Positions 55,271-63,999 of a DNA stretch of 64,000 nt are shown piece after piece. The notes under the pieces were generated by a model. It saw nothing but the letters and a program-made list of their open reading frames with translations, had not been told where the DNA came from and ran no database searches. The DNA lies in contig JAKAUN010000011.1 of assembly GCA_021817605.1 (NCBI GenBank), positions 16,803-80,802 on the forward strand, in the 5' to 3' direction. Origin of the DNA: Thermoplasmata archaeon. GTDB lineage: Archaea; Thermoplasmatota; Thermoplasmata; Lutacidiplasmatales; UBA184. The first letter of the stretch is position 1. Each line of letters begins with the position of its first letter. The position numbers and the translations under genes were made by a program.

Positions 55271-57047
55271 GCTCGCCGACGGCTACGAGCGTCTCGAGGC
55301 GACGACCAAGCGTCTCGAGATGCGCAAGATCCTCTCCGAGCTCGTGAAACCCCTCGGTGCCGAGGAGCTTCCCGAGGTCCTCTACCTCTCCCAGGGGCTC
55401 CTCCGCCCCGAGTACGAGGGGGTAGAGCTGGGCGTCGCCGACTCGCTCGCGCGTCGCGCCGTCGCCCTCGCGACGGGAGAGGAGGAGCGCAGCGTCGCCG
55501 AGCAGACGAAGACCTCGGGCGACCTCGGCAGCACGGCCCAGGAGCTCCTGACGCGGCACCGGCGACTCGGCGACGTCGAGCCGCTCACGGTCGCGGAGGC
55601 CTACGCCGAGCTCGGACGGATCGCGGCGGCGAAGGGCGAGGGCTCGCAGGACGCCAAGGTCCGCACCCTGGTCGAGCTGCTCGGCCGCTCGACCCCCCTC
55701 GAGGCGAAGTTCCTCGTGCGGTTCGTCCTCGGCACGCTGCGTGTCGGCGTGCGGGAGATGACGATCCTGGACGCCCTCGCCGAGGCGTTCGCCGACGGCT
55801 CGAAGGAGGCCCGGGCCCGGATCGAGGAGGCGTTCAACCTTTCGAGCGACCTCGGGCTGGTCGCCGTCGAGCTGCTCAAGCATGGCGTCGACGGCCTAGG
55901 GAGGATCGGGCTCGAGGTCGGGAGGCCGGTCCGCCCGATGCTCGCCGAGCGAGAGCCGACCCTCGCGCGGGTCCTCGAGCGGATGGGCGGGGAGGCGGCG
56001 GTCGAGTACAAGTACGACGGCCTCCGGGTCCAGGCCCACGTCGCCCGGGACGGCACGGTGCGCCTGTTCTCGCGCCGTCTCGAGGAGATCGGCGCGCAGT
56101 TCCCCGAGCTGCTCGCCGAGCTGCCGCGAGCGATCCGCAGCCGGCCCACGATCGTGGAGGGCGAGTGCGTGCCGATCGATCCGGACACCGAGGAGATCCA
56201 GCCGTTCCAGGAGGTCGCCCGGCGGCGAGGACGCAAGCACGACCTCGAGCGACTGCGCGAGGAGGTGCCCGTGGCGCTCTTCCTCTTCGACATCCTCCTC
56301 GCCGGCGGGACCCCCGTCCACCAGGAGGACTTCCCGGCACGGAGGCGTCGGCTCGAGGCGATCGTCCGGGAGGGCGACCGGGTCCGGCTCGCCACCCAGC
56401 GGATCGTGCGCGACGTCGACTCCGCCACGAGCTTTCTGGACGACGCGATCTCGGCGGGAGGCGAAGGGGTCGTCGCGAAGTCGCTCAAGGCAGGAAGCTC
56501 CTATCGGGCAGGAGCCCGCGGCTACTGGTGGATCAAGTACAAGCGCGACTACACCGCCGGCCTCATGGACACGATCGACGGCGTGGTCGTCGGCGCGTTC
56601 CAGGGACGGGGGAAGCGGGCCGGGCGCTTCGGGGCGTTTCTGCTCGCCGTCTACGATCCGAAGAAGGACCGCTTCGAGTCGTTCACCAAGGTCGGCTCGG
56701 GCTTCGACGATGCCCAGCTTGCCGAGCTGCCCCGCCGGCTCGAGCGCTGGCAGAGCGACGAGCGGCCTCCCGAGGTCGAAACGGGCATCGCCCCCGACCG
56801 ATGGTTCCGCCCGGGTCTCGTCCTCGAGGTCCGAGGCGCCGAGCTCACGCTGAGCCCGGTCCACCGCGCGGCCCTTGGCGCGGTGCGGGCCGGGGCCGGG
56901 CTCGCGCTCCGGTTCCCACGGTTCACGGGAAGGTATCGCGACGACAAGGGGCCGAGCGAGGCGACGACCTCGCACGAGCTCTTGGAGATGTACCGTGCCC
57001 AGGTCCGCCACGCGGTCTCCGAGACCCCCCCCACGAGCGGCGGGTAG
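55257..57047 (+). CDS. lig: ATP-dependent DNA ligase
   Basis: Motif I EYKYDGLRVQAH is present, with EGVVAKS and WIKYKRDY. The start overlaps the rpe end by 14 nt. Confidence 0.93.
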   Translation: MRFAELADGYERLEATTKRLEMRKILSELVKPLGAEELPEVLYLSQGLLRPEYEGVELGVADSLARRAVALATGEEERSVAEQTKTSGDLGSTAQELLTRHRRLGDVEPLTVAEAYAELGRIAAAKGEGSQDAKVRTLVELLGRSTPLEAKFLVRFVLGTLRVGVREMTILDALAEAFADGSKEARARIEEAFNLSSDLGLVAVELLKHGVDGLGRIGLEVGRPVRPMLAEREPTLARVLERMGGEAAVEYKYDGLRVQAHVARDGTVRLFSRRLEEIGAQFPELLAELPRAIRSRPTIVEGECVPIDPDTEEIQPFQEVARRRGRKHDLERLREEVPVALFLFDILLAGGTPVHQEDFPARRRRLEAIVREGDRVRLATQRIVRDVDSATSFLDDAISAGGEGVVAKSLKAGSSYRAGARGYWWIKYKRDYTAGLMDTIDGVVVGAFQGRGKRAGRFGAFLLAVYDPKKDRFESFTKVGSGFDDAQLAELPRRLERWQSDERPPEVETGIAPDRWFRPGLVLEVRGAELTLSPVHRAALGAVRAGAGLALRFPRFTGRYRDDKGPSEATTSHELLEMYRAQVRHAVSETPPTSGG

Positions 57048-57101
57048 GCCGCCGGGAGACCGGCGGCGACCCGGGCGGCCCCGCCGACTGCCGCTCCGCC
57101 C

Positions 57102-57114
57102 AAAGGAATAAGAA
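57102..57114 (+). promoter_or_regulatory. A-rich TATA-like element upstream of the PRC-barrel gene
   Basis: AAAGGAATAAGAA ends 35 nt before ATG 57149. Confidence 0.3.
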
Positions 57115-57148
57115 GGGCCTGCCTGCTCCGCGCCCTCGAGAACAGTCC

Positions 57149-57448
57149 ATGCTGGTCGAGATGACCGAATTCCTCGGACGCCAGATCTATACTCCCGACG
57201 GACGACTCCTAGGCGAGGTCGACAACATCGTCGTCGACGTCGAAGGGTCGAAGATCGACGGGCTCTTCGTCGCGGAAACGAGCCCGATGCTGGTCGACGA
57301 CTCGCGCCCCACCAACGTGCCGTACCGCTGGGTCTCGGCGGTCAACGACGTGGTCCTGCTGAAGTACTTCCCGAGGCGGGTCTCGCTCAAGAAGACCTCC
57401 GGCGCCCGGCCCGCCAACGAAGAAGAGGCGGCCTTACCCGCGCGCTAG
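57149..57448 (+). CDS. PRC-barrel domain protein (99 aa)
   Basis: LGRQIYTPDGRLLGEVDNIVVDVEGSKIDGLFV..VPYRWVSAVNDVVLL. Confidence 0.7.
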   Translation: MLVEMTEFLGRQIYTPDGRLLGEVDNIVVDVEGSKIDGLFVAETSPMLVDDSRPTNVPYRWVSAVNDVVLLKYFPRRVSLKKTSGARPANEEEAALPAR

Positions 57449-57454
57449 GGCGTC

Positions 57455-57561
57455 GCGGGGATAGCCAAGCTCGGCAAAGGCGCGGGACTTAAAGGGCGGC
57501 TCCGCCGCCGAAGAGATCCCGTCGCGTAAGGCGTTCGCCGGTTCGAATCCGGCTCCCCGCA
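57455..57561 (+). tRNA. tRNA-Leu (anticodon UAA), class II with a long variable arm and a 22-nt intron at the canonical 37/38 position
   Basis: The hand fold gives acceptor GCGGGGA/TCCCCGC plus discriminator A, and a D arm GCC..GG..GGC. The anticodon stem is CGGGA/TCCCG with loop CUUAAA|intron|A. The variable arm is CGC-GTAAG-GCG and the T arm is GCCGG-TTCGAAT-CCGGC. Confidence 0.88.
57494..57515 (+). other. tRNA-Leu intron
   Basis: GGGCGGCTCCGCCGCCGAAGAG contains an internal hairpin GGCGG/CCGCC. Its 3' AAG can pair with CUU of the anticodon loop, which is compatible with a bulge-helix-bulge. Confidence 0.7.
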
Positions 57562-57899
57562 TCGCCCGGGGTTGCCGGTGGTTCCCTTCGCCGCCTACCT
57601 CCGGGATCGGACCCTGGACCGCTTGGGGCGGCTCCGTCCTTCGGGTCGTGACCCGCAGTGAGGCCAGGCTGAGGGCCGGGGGCCCCCCCTCCGGGCGGCC
57701 CGCTCGCAAGCCCAAGAGGGCGGTGCGGACGGGCTGAGAAGGGGGGACTCCGACGCGGGCGCTGGCCCGAGGGGAAGGGCGCCGGCCGAGCCATCGATCG
57801 TGCGAGGGGCTGAGGGAGGTTCCCTTGGCGAGCTCAGGAGCCTGGGCCACGTTGCCGTCGGGGGGTCAGGGTCAAGCACGGCGCCGGAGTCGGTGCTCC

Positions 57900-58511
57900 G
57901 TGCGTCGTGCCGAGCTCGTCCGCCTCCTGGAGAGGGTACCCGGTTTTCCCCGCCCGCGGGCCGACCTCGAGCAGGTCGTCACACCCTCCGAGGCTGCCGC
58001 GACCCTCCTCGAGATCGCCGACCGGATCGACGGCATCGAGGGCCGGTCGGTGCTCGACCTGGGGAGCGGCACGGGCCGTCTTGCCATCGGGATGGCTGCC
58101 CTCGGCGCCCGCCCGGTCCGGGGGCTCGAGGTCGACGTCGAGGCCGCGCAGCTCGCCACGGAGGCGGCCCGCGCTCTCGGCGCCCGCGTCGACTTCCTCG
58201 TGGGCGACGTCCGAAGCGCGGAGGGCCCGGCAGAGCTCGTGGTGATGAATCCGCCGTTCGGCGCGCAGCGCCGCCACGCGGACCGGCCGTTCTGGGAGAG
58301 GGCGTTCGCCCTGGCCGGCCGGACCGTCTACGCCTTCGCCCTTCGCGACTCCCGAACCTTTATAGGACGACAGGCGGTCGCACGCCGCGCCGACGTACTC
58401 GAGGTCGTCTCCGTTCCCTGGTCGCTCGGTCGGACCTTCCCGCACCACGACCGAGCTCGGGTCGCCCTGGACGTGGACCTCTGGGCGCTTAGGACCGCAC
58501 AAGGAGGATAA
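57900..58511 (+). CDS. METTL5-like class I methyltransferase with an NPPF motif (COG2263-type putative rRNA/nucleic-acid N6-adenine methylase)
   Basis: The GTG at 57900 gives VRRAELVRLLERVPGFPRPRADLEQVVTP. SAM motif VLDLGSGTGRL and catalytic VVMNPPFG are present. Confidence 0.78.
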   Translation: MRRAELVRLLERVPGFPRPRADLEQVVTPSEAAATLLEIADRIDGIEGRSVLDLGSGTGRLAIGMAALGARPVRGLEVDVEAAQLATEAARALGARVDFLVGDVRSAEGPAELVVMNPPFGAQRRHADRPFWERAFALAGRTVYAFALRDSRTFIGRQAVARRADVLEVVSVPWSLGRTFPHHDRARVALDVDLWALRTAQGG

Positions 58512-58512
58512 G

Positions 58513-59109
58513 ATGGACGAAGCAGGCCTTCCGGAGCTCGTGTTGCCGGGTGACTACCTGGGCGCCGCCGAGGAGTATCTCCCCGGGCGAGGCACCTACG
58601 AGGACCGCGGCCGGATCTACGCCTCCCTCCTCGGTCGCCCTGCCATCGACCCCACGGACCGCACGATACGGGTCGACCCGCGCAACGCCGTCCCCGAGAT
58701 CCAGGAAGGGGACCTCGTCTACGCACGGGTGGACGAGATCAAGACGGCGATGGCCGTCTGCACCGTCCTCACCCCGGCGACCAGCCGCCGGGGGGTCCCG
58801 GGAAAGCCGGAGGGGACCGTCCACATCTCCAAGGCGAAGGAGGGCTACACCGAGACCCTCTCGGGAGAGTTCGCCGTCGGCGACATCCTCCTCGCCCGCG
58901 TCCTGCAGGCCCACCCGTCCGTCAAGCTCTCCACGGCACAGCCAACGCTCGGCGTCGTCTCGGCCCGCTGCCAGGCCTGTCATGCCCTCCTCTCGCTCGG
59001 CAGCAAGGAGCCGACCTGTCCGCGTTGCGGGCACAAGGAGCGCCGCAAGCTCGCCCGCGGGGCAACCCCCCTTCCCCCCGGCGGCGATGGAAGCGACGAC
59101 GCCGACTGA
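58513..59109 (+). CDS. csl4: Exosome complex RNA-binding subunit Csl4
   Basis: The N-terminal VLPGDYLG is followed by an S1-like core GDLVYARVDEI..GTVHIS and the Zn ribbon CQACHALL..CPRCG. AGGAGG precedes the ATG. Confidence 0.85.
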   Translation: MDEAGLPELVLPGDYLGAAEEYLPGRGTYEDRGRIYASLLGRPAIDPTDRTIRVDPRNAVPEIQEGDLVYARVDEIKTAMAVCTVLTPATSRRGVPGKPEGTVHISKAKEGYTETLSGEFAVGDILLARVLQAHPSVKLSTAQPTLGVVSARCQACHALLSLGSKEPTCPRCGHKERRKLARGATPLPPGGDGSDDAD

Positions 59110-60322
59110 GGAGGAGAAGAGGCTCGCCCGCCTCGTGCGCTCGCACGACCGCTGGCGCGGCCGGCAGGTCTTCAACCTCCTTCCGAGCGAGAACGCCGTC
59201 TCCCCGACCGCTCGACGCTACCTCGCGAGCGACCTTGCGGGGCGCTACACGCTCCCGATGGAGCTCGAGGTCGGCGGCGAGAAGGTCCCCAACAGCTACA
59301 CGGGGACCCGCTACACCGACCAGGTCGAGCAGCTGGCGACCTCCGCCGCCCGGCGGGTGTTCCGCGCGCGTTTCGCGAGCGTGCGTCCGCTCTCCGGGCA
59401 CATCGCTGCGCTCTCGGCGCTCGTCCCCCTCCTTCCGCGGGGAGCGCGCCTGCTCGCTCTGCGACCCGAGGACGGCGGCTACGACGGCTACGCCCCGGGC
59501 TATGTCCCGTCGGTCCTCGGCTACTCGGTCCAGCCGTTGCCGGCCCGCGGAACGGCGCATCGGGTGGACGCCGCGGAGGCGATCGCGACCATCGAGCGGG
59601 AGAAGCCGGACGCCGTGGTCCTCGGACAGAGCTTCTTCCTGTTCCCCTATCCGCTACGCGAGATCTCCGAGGCGGCGCACCGCCACGGCGCCCTCGTCCT
59701 CTACGACGGCTCGCACGTCCTCGGCCTCATCGCGGGCGGCGAGTTCCAGGACCCGCTGAGGGAGGGGGCCGACCTCCTTTACGGCAGCACGCACAAGTCG
59801 TTCCCCGGTCCCCAGGGAGGCCTTCTGCTCACCGACCGCGAGGACCTCTTCGCGCGGATCGACCCGGCGCTCGTCTGGCGGGTCTTCGACAACGCCCACT
59901 GGAACCGGATCGCTGCCGTGGGGCAGACGCTCCTCGAGCTCGAGCGCTTCGCCCCGGAGTACGCACGCACGACGGTCGCGAACGCCCGCGCCCTCGGCGC
60001 CGCCCTCGCCCAGGAAGGCTGGCCGCTGGTCGCGCCCGAGGACGGCTTTACCCGCTCGCACCAGCTCCACCTCGACCGCTCGCGCCTCCTTAGCGAGCAC
60101 GGCAAGGGCCCGGCGGCCCTCGCCCGGCGCCTCGAGCGCCAGGGGTTGCTCATCGACCTGGTCGGAAGGATCGGCACGGCCGAGCTCGCCCGCCTCGGGC
60201 TCGTCCCCGACGACATGGGGAAGATGGCCCACCTGCTCACCGAGGGCGGGCTCCGCAACCAGCGGGTCGGAGCCGAGGTCCGCGCCTGGCGACGGACGTT
60301 CCGCTCGCTCCGCTTTGTCTGA
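59087..60322 (+). CDS. glyA: Serine hydroxymethyltransferase (archaeal type)
   Basis: LLPSENAVSP is present, with the PLP-Lys motif GSTHKSFPGPQGG. The ATG at 59087 overlaps the csl4 end by 23 nt. Confidence 0.85.
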   Translation: MEATTPTEEEKRLARLVRSHDRWRGRQVFNLLPSENAVSPTARRYLASDLAGRYTLPMELEVGGEKVPNSYTGTRYTDQVEQLATSAARRVFRARFASVRPLSGHIAALSALVPLLPRGARLLALRPEDGGYDGYAPGYVPSVLGYSVQPLPARGTAHRVDAAEAIATIEREKPDAVVLGQSFFLFPYPLREISEAAHRHGALVLYDGSHVLGLIAGGEFQDPLREGADLLYGSTHKSFPGPQGGLLLTDREDLFARIDPALVWRVFDNAHWNRIAAVGQTLLELERFAPEYARTTVANARALGAALAQEGWPLVAPEDGFTRSHQLHLDRSRLLSEHGKGPAALARRLERQGLLIDLVGRIGTAELARLGLVPDDMGKMAHLLTEGGLRNQRVGAEVRAWRRTFRSLRFV

Positions 60323-60344
60323 TCGGGCCGCGGCTTCGGAGACC

Positions 60345-60914
60345 ATGCCGACCCGTCCTTCGCGCAGGGTCTCCGGGCCGGTGGCGCTCACCGGCACCCC
60401 CGGGGTCGGCAAGAGCTCGGTCGCGCGCCATCTCCCCCGGACCCTGCGGGCCGTAGAGGTCGGCGAGCTGGCCCGGAGCCTCGGGGCCGCCCGCGGCCGG
60501 GGCCGTGCCGTCACGGTGGATCTGGCGGCGCTCCGGCGGGCCCTGGCACGCCGGCCGTCGGGCGAAGGGCCTGAGGTCGTCGTCGGCCACCTCGCGCACC
60601 TCCTTGCGGTCCGCGAGGTGATCCTGCTGCGCTGCCACCCGACCGAGCTGGAGCGTCGGCTCCGGGCCGCGCGAAGGGGCCGGGCGACCGACCGTCGGGC
60701 GAACTACGTCAGCGAGGCGACCGACGCGATCCTCCTCGAGGCGCTCGCCACCCGCCGCCCGGTCTTCGAGATCGATACGACGGGCCGCTCGGCCCGCGCG
60801 ATCGCCCGCGAGGTGGCCTCCCGGGTGCGGCGCGGGGGGCCCCCGCGCTACGGGACGGTCGACTGGCTCCGCGAGGCCGAGGTCACCGAGCATCTTTTGG
60901 ACGGAGCCGCGTAG
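60345..60914 (+). CDS. Fap7/AK6-like adenylate kinase (ribosome-maturation NTPase)
   Basis: P-loop LTGTPGVGKSSV, VVVGHLAH and VILLRCHPTELERRL are present. An alternative TTG start lies at 60315. Confidence 0.7.
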   Translation: MPTRPSRRVSGPVALTGTPGVGKSSVARHLPRTLRAVEVGELARSLGAARGRGRAVTVDLAALRRALARRPSGEGPEVVVGHLAHLLAVREVILLRCHPTELERRLRAARRGRATDRRANYVSEATDAILLEALATRRPVFEIDTTGRSARAIAREVASRVRRGGPPRYGTVDWLREAEVTEHLLDGAA

Positions 60915-60924
60915 CCCGTCCGAG

Positions 60925-61620
60925 ATGGTCCTCGAGCGCTACCGGGCGCGCTTCCGCCCCCAGATCGAGCGGCTCTCCCGGCCGTTCCTCCGCTGGAGGC
61001 CCAACACGCTGAGCGTACTCGCGCTCGCCCTTGCGCTCGTGGCGGCGGCGCTCGCGGCCGCGGTGCGGTGGACCACGCCGCTCTTGTTCCTTGGGGTGAG
61101 CGCGCTCGTCCTGCTCACGGGATTCTTCGACATCGTCGACGGGGAGGTCGCCCGCTCGACCGGCCGGGCGAGCGTGAAAGGCGACTTCCTCGACCACCTC
61201 TTCGACCGGTACGCCGACCTCGCTCTCGTGCTGGGCGTCGCCGCCTCGGGGTTTGCCAACCCCGTCCTCGCGCTCCTCGCCCTCGCGAGCCTTCTGCTCA
61301 CGAGCTACGTCGGGACCCAGGCGCAGGCGGTCGGCGAGGGGCGGCTCTACGCCGGGCTGCTCTCGCGGGCCGACCGTCTGGTCGTCCTCGCCTTCGCCGC
61401 CTTCCTCGAGTTCGATTGGTCGCTCCCCTGGCCGTGGGCGCCGACCGAACCGTGGGCGCGGTTCCACTTCGCGGGAGTCTCCTTCACGGTCCTGGATGTG
61501 GCGTTCGCCTACTTCGTGGTCGCCGGCCAGTGGACGGCTATCGCGAGGGCGCGCCGGGTCCACCGCGCCCTTTCGGCGCGGGAGGACCGGGACGATCCCC
61601 CTCCTTCCCGTCCCGGCTGA
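60925..61620 (+). CDS. CDP-alcohol phosphatidyltransferase (archaeal lipid head-group synthase family)
   Basis: The signature D(x)2DG(x)2AR..G(x)3D(x)3D appears as FFDIVDGEVARSTGRASVKGDFLDHLFDRYAD. Multiple TM helices are present. Confidence 0.82.
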   Translation: MVLERYRARFRPQIERLSRPFLRWRPNTLSVLALALALVAAALAAAVRWTTPLLFLGVSALVLLTGFFDIVDGEVARSTGRASVKGDFLDHLFDRYADLALVLGVAASGFANPVLALLALASLLLTSYVGTQAQAVGEGRLYAGLLSRADRLVVLAFAAFLEFDWSLPWPWAPTEPWARFHFAGVSFTVLDVAFAYFVVAGQWTAIARARRVHRALSAREDRDDPPPSRPG

Positions 61621-62701
61621 CGCCACCCTTGAGCCGGTAGTACTGGAGCGGGTGCTTGAGGAACGGCTCGTAGCAGAGCGGATCGCGCTCGCGGTCCTTG
61701 GGCTCGGGTCCCTCCGGGTCGCCGTCCCGCGCGCAGAGGCCGTGGCTGCGCAGCGTGTCGCACTCGGGGGGCTCGTAGCCGCGTCCCTCGTCTCGGGAAC
61801 GGATGTGGTCGACCTGGTAGCGGGTGATCGACTCGTCGAAGTCCGGCGCGCCGCGGAAGGCGTCGACGATCGTCTCGAAATCCGCGCCGGCGCGATGGAG
61901 GAAGGAGGCGAGGCAGAACCGGCCCGCGTGCGAGAGGTTCTCGCCGCGCTCGAGGGTCCGCTGCATGCGGCGTAGGCACGGGGGGAACCGGCCCCGGTCC
62001 ATCGTCGTCGGACGCGCGCGCCCACGCTCGAAGGCTGCGGGGACCCGACGCGCCACGTCCGCGAGGAGCTCGGATTCGCGGACGCGGACCGCCGCGAGCA
62101 GCTCGGCGGTGAGAGGCACCGGAACGGCGAGCTCGCGACGGACCGCCTCCTGGAGCAGCCGAGCCGCCCGCGGCGCGGGCACGAAGACCCCGCCGCCGCT
62201 GAGGTCTTGGGAGGCGAGACGGAACTCGGCCTCCCGGATCGGCGAGGCGAGACGCACGTAGTCGGTCAGGTCGACCCGGACGAGCTTAGGTGAGGCCGCG
62301 AAGACGAAGCCGAGGCGCCGCGCCACCTCCTCGAGCTCGTCCGACGGGGCGTGCTCGAGACGGGCATGGGCCCGTTTCGCCTCGGCAACCGCCCACCGCC
62401 GCAGTCCTCCGGCGGCGGGAGCTGCCGAGAGGACCAGCCGTGCGAACAGGAAGGAAAGATAGCGCTCGTCCGGTCCGGCGCTCGCGAGCTCCTGGACGGT
62501 GCTCGACGCCCGGGGGTCGTCTTGGGCGGCGAGCACCCGGGCCCTCCCTATGACGCGGGCCCGCTCGTAGGCGGCCCCCTCGAGCAGGGCGCGCACCGAG
62601 AGCCCTTCCCCGGCGACGAGAGCTTCGGCCCCCGGCAGGAACGGGTACTCGGCGTAGAGCTCGCCGCCGCTCAGAGGAGGCGCGGGACCACGAACTGCCA
62701 T
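61538..62701 (-). CDS. priL: DNA primase large (regulatory) subunit PriL
   Basis: FPPCLRRM, SHAGRFCLASFL, ITRYQVDHI and the FeS cysteines ECDTLRSHGLC..PLCYEP are present. Confidence 0.85.
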   Translation of the reverse strand: MAVRGPAPPLSGGELYAEYPFLPGAEALVAGEGLSVRALLEGAAYERARVIGRARVLAAQDDPRASSTVQELASAGPDERYLSFLFARLVLSAAPAAGGLRRWAVAEAKRAHARLEHAPSDELEEVARRLGFVFAASPKLVRVDLTDYVRLASPIREAEFRLASQDLSGGGVFVPAPRAARLLQEAVRRELAVPVPLTAELLAAVRVRESELLADVARRVPAAFERGRARPTTMDRGRFPPCLRRMQRTLERGENLSHAGRFCLASFLHRAGADFETIVDAFRGAPDFDESITRYQVDHIRSRDEGRGYEPPECDTLRSHGLCARDGDPEGPEPKDRERDPLCYEPFLKHPLQYYRLKGGVSRDGKEGDRPGPPAPKGRGGPGAPSR

Positions 62702-63999
62702 GCCAACAGCACCAGGATGATCACGGTCGAGACCGTGGCGGCGCGCGCGCCGAACTGGTCGAGCCGGGCCGCCGACCAGCCACGCTTGATCCGGGCGGCG
62801 ACGCTGGCGGCGTAGTCGCGGAAGAGAAGGCCGCCGTCCAGCGGGACGAGCGGCAGGGCATTGGAGAGGCCCAGGAGGAGGTTCATCCAGGCGAGCCAGT
62901 AGAGCGAGTTCGCGACGATCCAGAACGTGGCGGAGCTTGCCCCCGAGAGCGGCCCGGTGAGATGGAAGAAGGAGGTCGTCGGGCCGCTCATCGGCTCGAG
63001 CGCGGCGAGCGGCAGGACCAGCCAGTCGACCGAGCCTACGAGCGGCCCGGCCGGGCTACCCGCGGGCCAGACGAGGATCTGCTTGAGCTCGGAGGGGGTG
63101 AGGCCGTAGACCGACACTCCGAGGAACCCTCGCGAATGGTTCTCCGGGTTCGTCCCCAACAGCAGGGTCGTCGTGATGCTCGCGTGCTGGCTGGACGAGT
63201 AGTAGGTGAGCGCGCAGCTCTGATGCGGCCGGGTCAACGCGACCGCCGACTCGAACGTCGCGACGGTCGGGGTGCTGGTGCCGTTGAGCGAGGTGATGAT
63301 GTCACCGGAGCTCAGGGTCGCGTTAGCGGCCGCGGAGCCCGGCTCGATGCTGGCCACGCCGACCCCCGTCGCGTTCGGAGCTAGGGAGCTCGCGACCAGC
63401 CCGGAGAGCGCGAAGAAGAACAGGACGGCCAAGGCGAAGTTGGCGAGCACCCCGGCGGCCGCCACGCGGTCGCGCCGCCGGCGCGAGGCGGCGGCCATGT
63501 CGGCGTCGTCCTGCTCGACGAACGCCCCGATCGGTACGACGAACCAGAGGATGCCGAGGCTCTTCACCCCGATCTTCTGGGAGCGGGCCACAAAGCCGTG
63601 GAAGAGCTCGTGCAGTACGATCCCCACGACAAGGGCGACGATCCCGTAGCCGAGCGGGATGATCGGGTTGATCCCGGGAAGCCCCACGGCCTGGACGGGA
63701 GAGGGAGCCTGGGAGGCCTTGAGGTGCACCGAGGCGATCGCCCCGACGAGCAGGAGCGCCACGATGACCCCCATCGCGATCGCGGCGAGGGCGATCCCGA
63801 GGTCGCTGACCACGGACCAGAGGCGGGAGAACCGGCCGACGCGGTCGAGGAACGAGCGGCCCCGACGCGTCTTGGTCATGAGCGCCGGGCCGAAGAGGCT
63901 GAGCGAGCGCTCCGGACCGAGGAGGCCCTTCCTCCAGAGCGCGTAGACGACCCCCGCGTAGGCCGCCACGAGCAGGGCGGCGATCGCGTAGCCTAGGTA
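62671..63999 (-). CDS. Site-2 protease family (M50) membrane metalloprotease with an inserted PDZ-like domain; the 5' end probably lies beyond the window
   Basis: HExxH appears as VLHELFHGF, and the second motif as NALPLVPLDGG. The frame stays open from GTG 63969 to the window edge, and the first TM helix (YLGYAIAALLVAAYAGVVYAL) would be truncated by the GTG start. Confidence 0.82.
   Translation of the reverse strand, partial: YLGYAIAALLVAAYAGVVYALWRKGLLGPERSLSLFGPALMTKTRRGRSFLDRVGRFSRLWSVVSDLGIALAAIAMGVIVALLLVGAIASVHLKASQAPSPVQAVGLPGINPIIPLGYGIVALVVGIVLHELFHGFVARSQKIGVKSLGILWFVVPIGAFVEQDDADMAAASRRRRDRVAAAGVLANFALAVLFFFALSGLVASSLAPNATGVGVASIEPGSAAANATLSSGDIITSLNGTSTPTVATFESAVALTRPHQSCALTYYSSSQHASITTTLLLGTNPENHSRGFLGVSVYGLTPSELKQILVWPAGSPAGPLVGSVDWLVLPLAALEPMSGPTTSFFHLTGPLSGASSATFWIVANSLYWLAWMNLLLGLSNALPLVPLDGGLLFRDYAASVAARIKRGWSAARLDQFGARAATVSTVIILVLLAWQFVVPRLL

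Noticed and set aside
57720-57790. A THI-box-like string (GGGCGGTGCGGACGGGCTGAGAAGG ... CCCGAGGGGAAGG) suggesting a TPP riboswitch.
   Set aside because: Only 7 nt separate the GUGC and CUGAGA elements, leaving no room for P3. No ACCC strand follows to close P2. No thiamine-related gene lies downstream.
57562-57899. SRP (7S) RNA or RNase P RNA in the gap next to the tRNA.
   Set aside because: I could not find the conserved helix-8 GGAA/AGCA module of SRP RNA, or the GAGGAAAGUCC and ACAGAA..GGCUUA elements of RNase P, on either strand. It is kept only as an unassigned candidate structured region.
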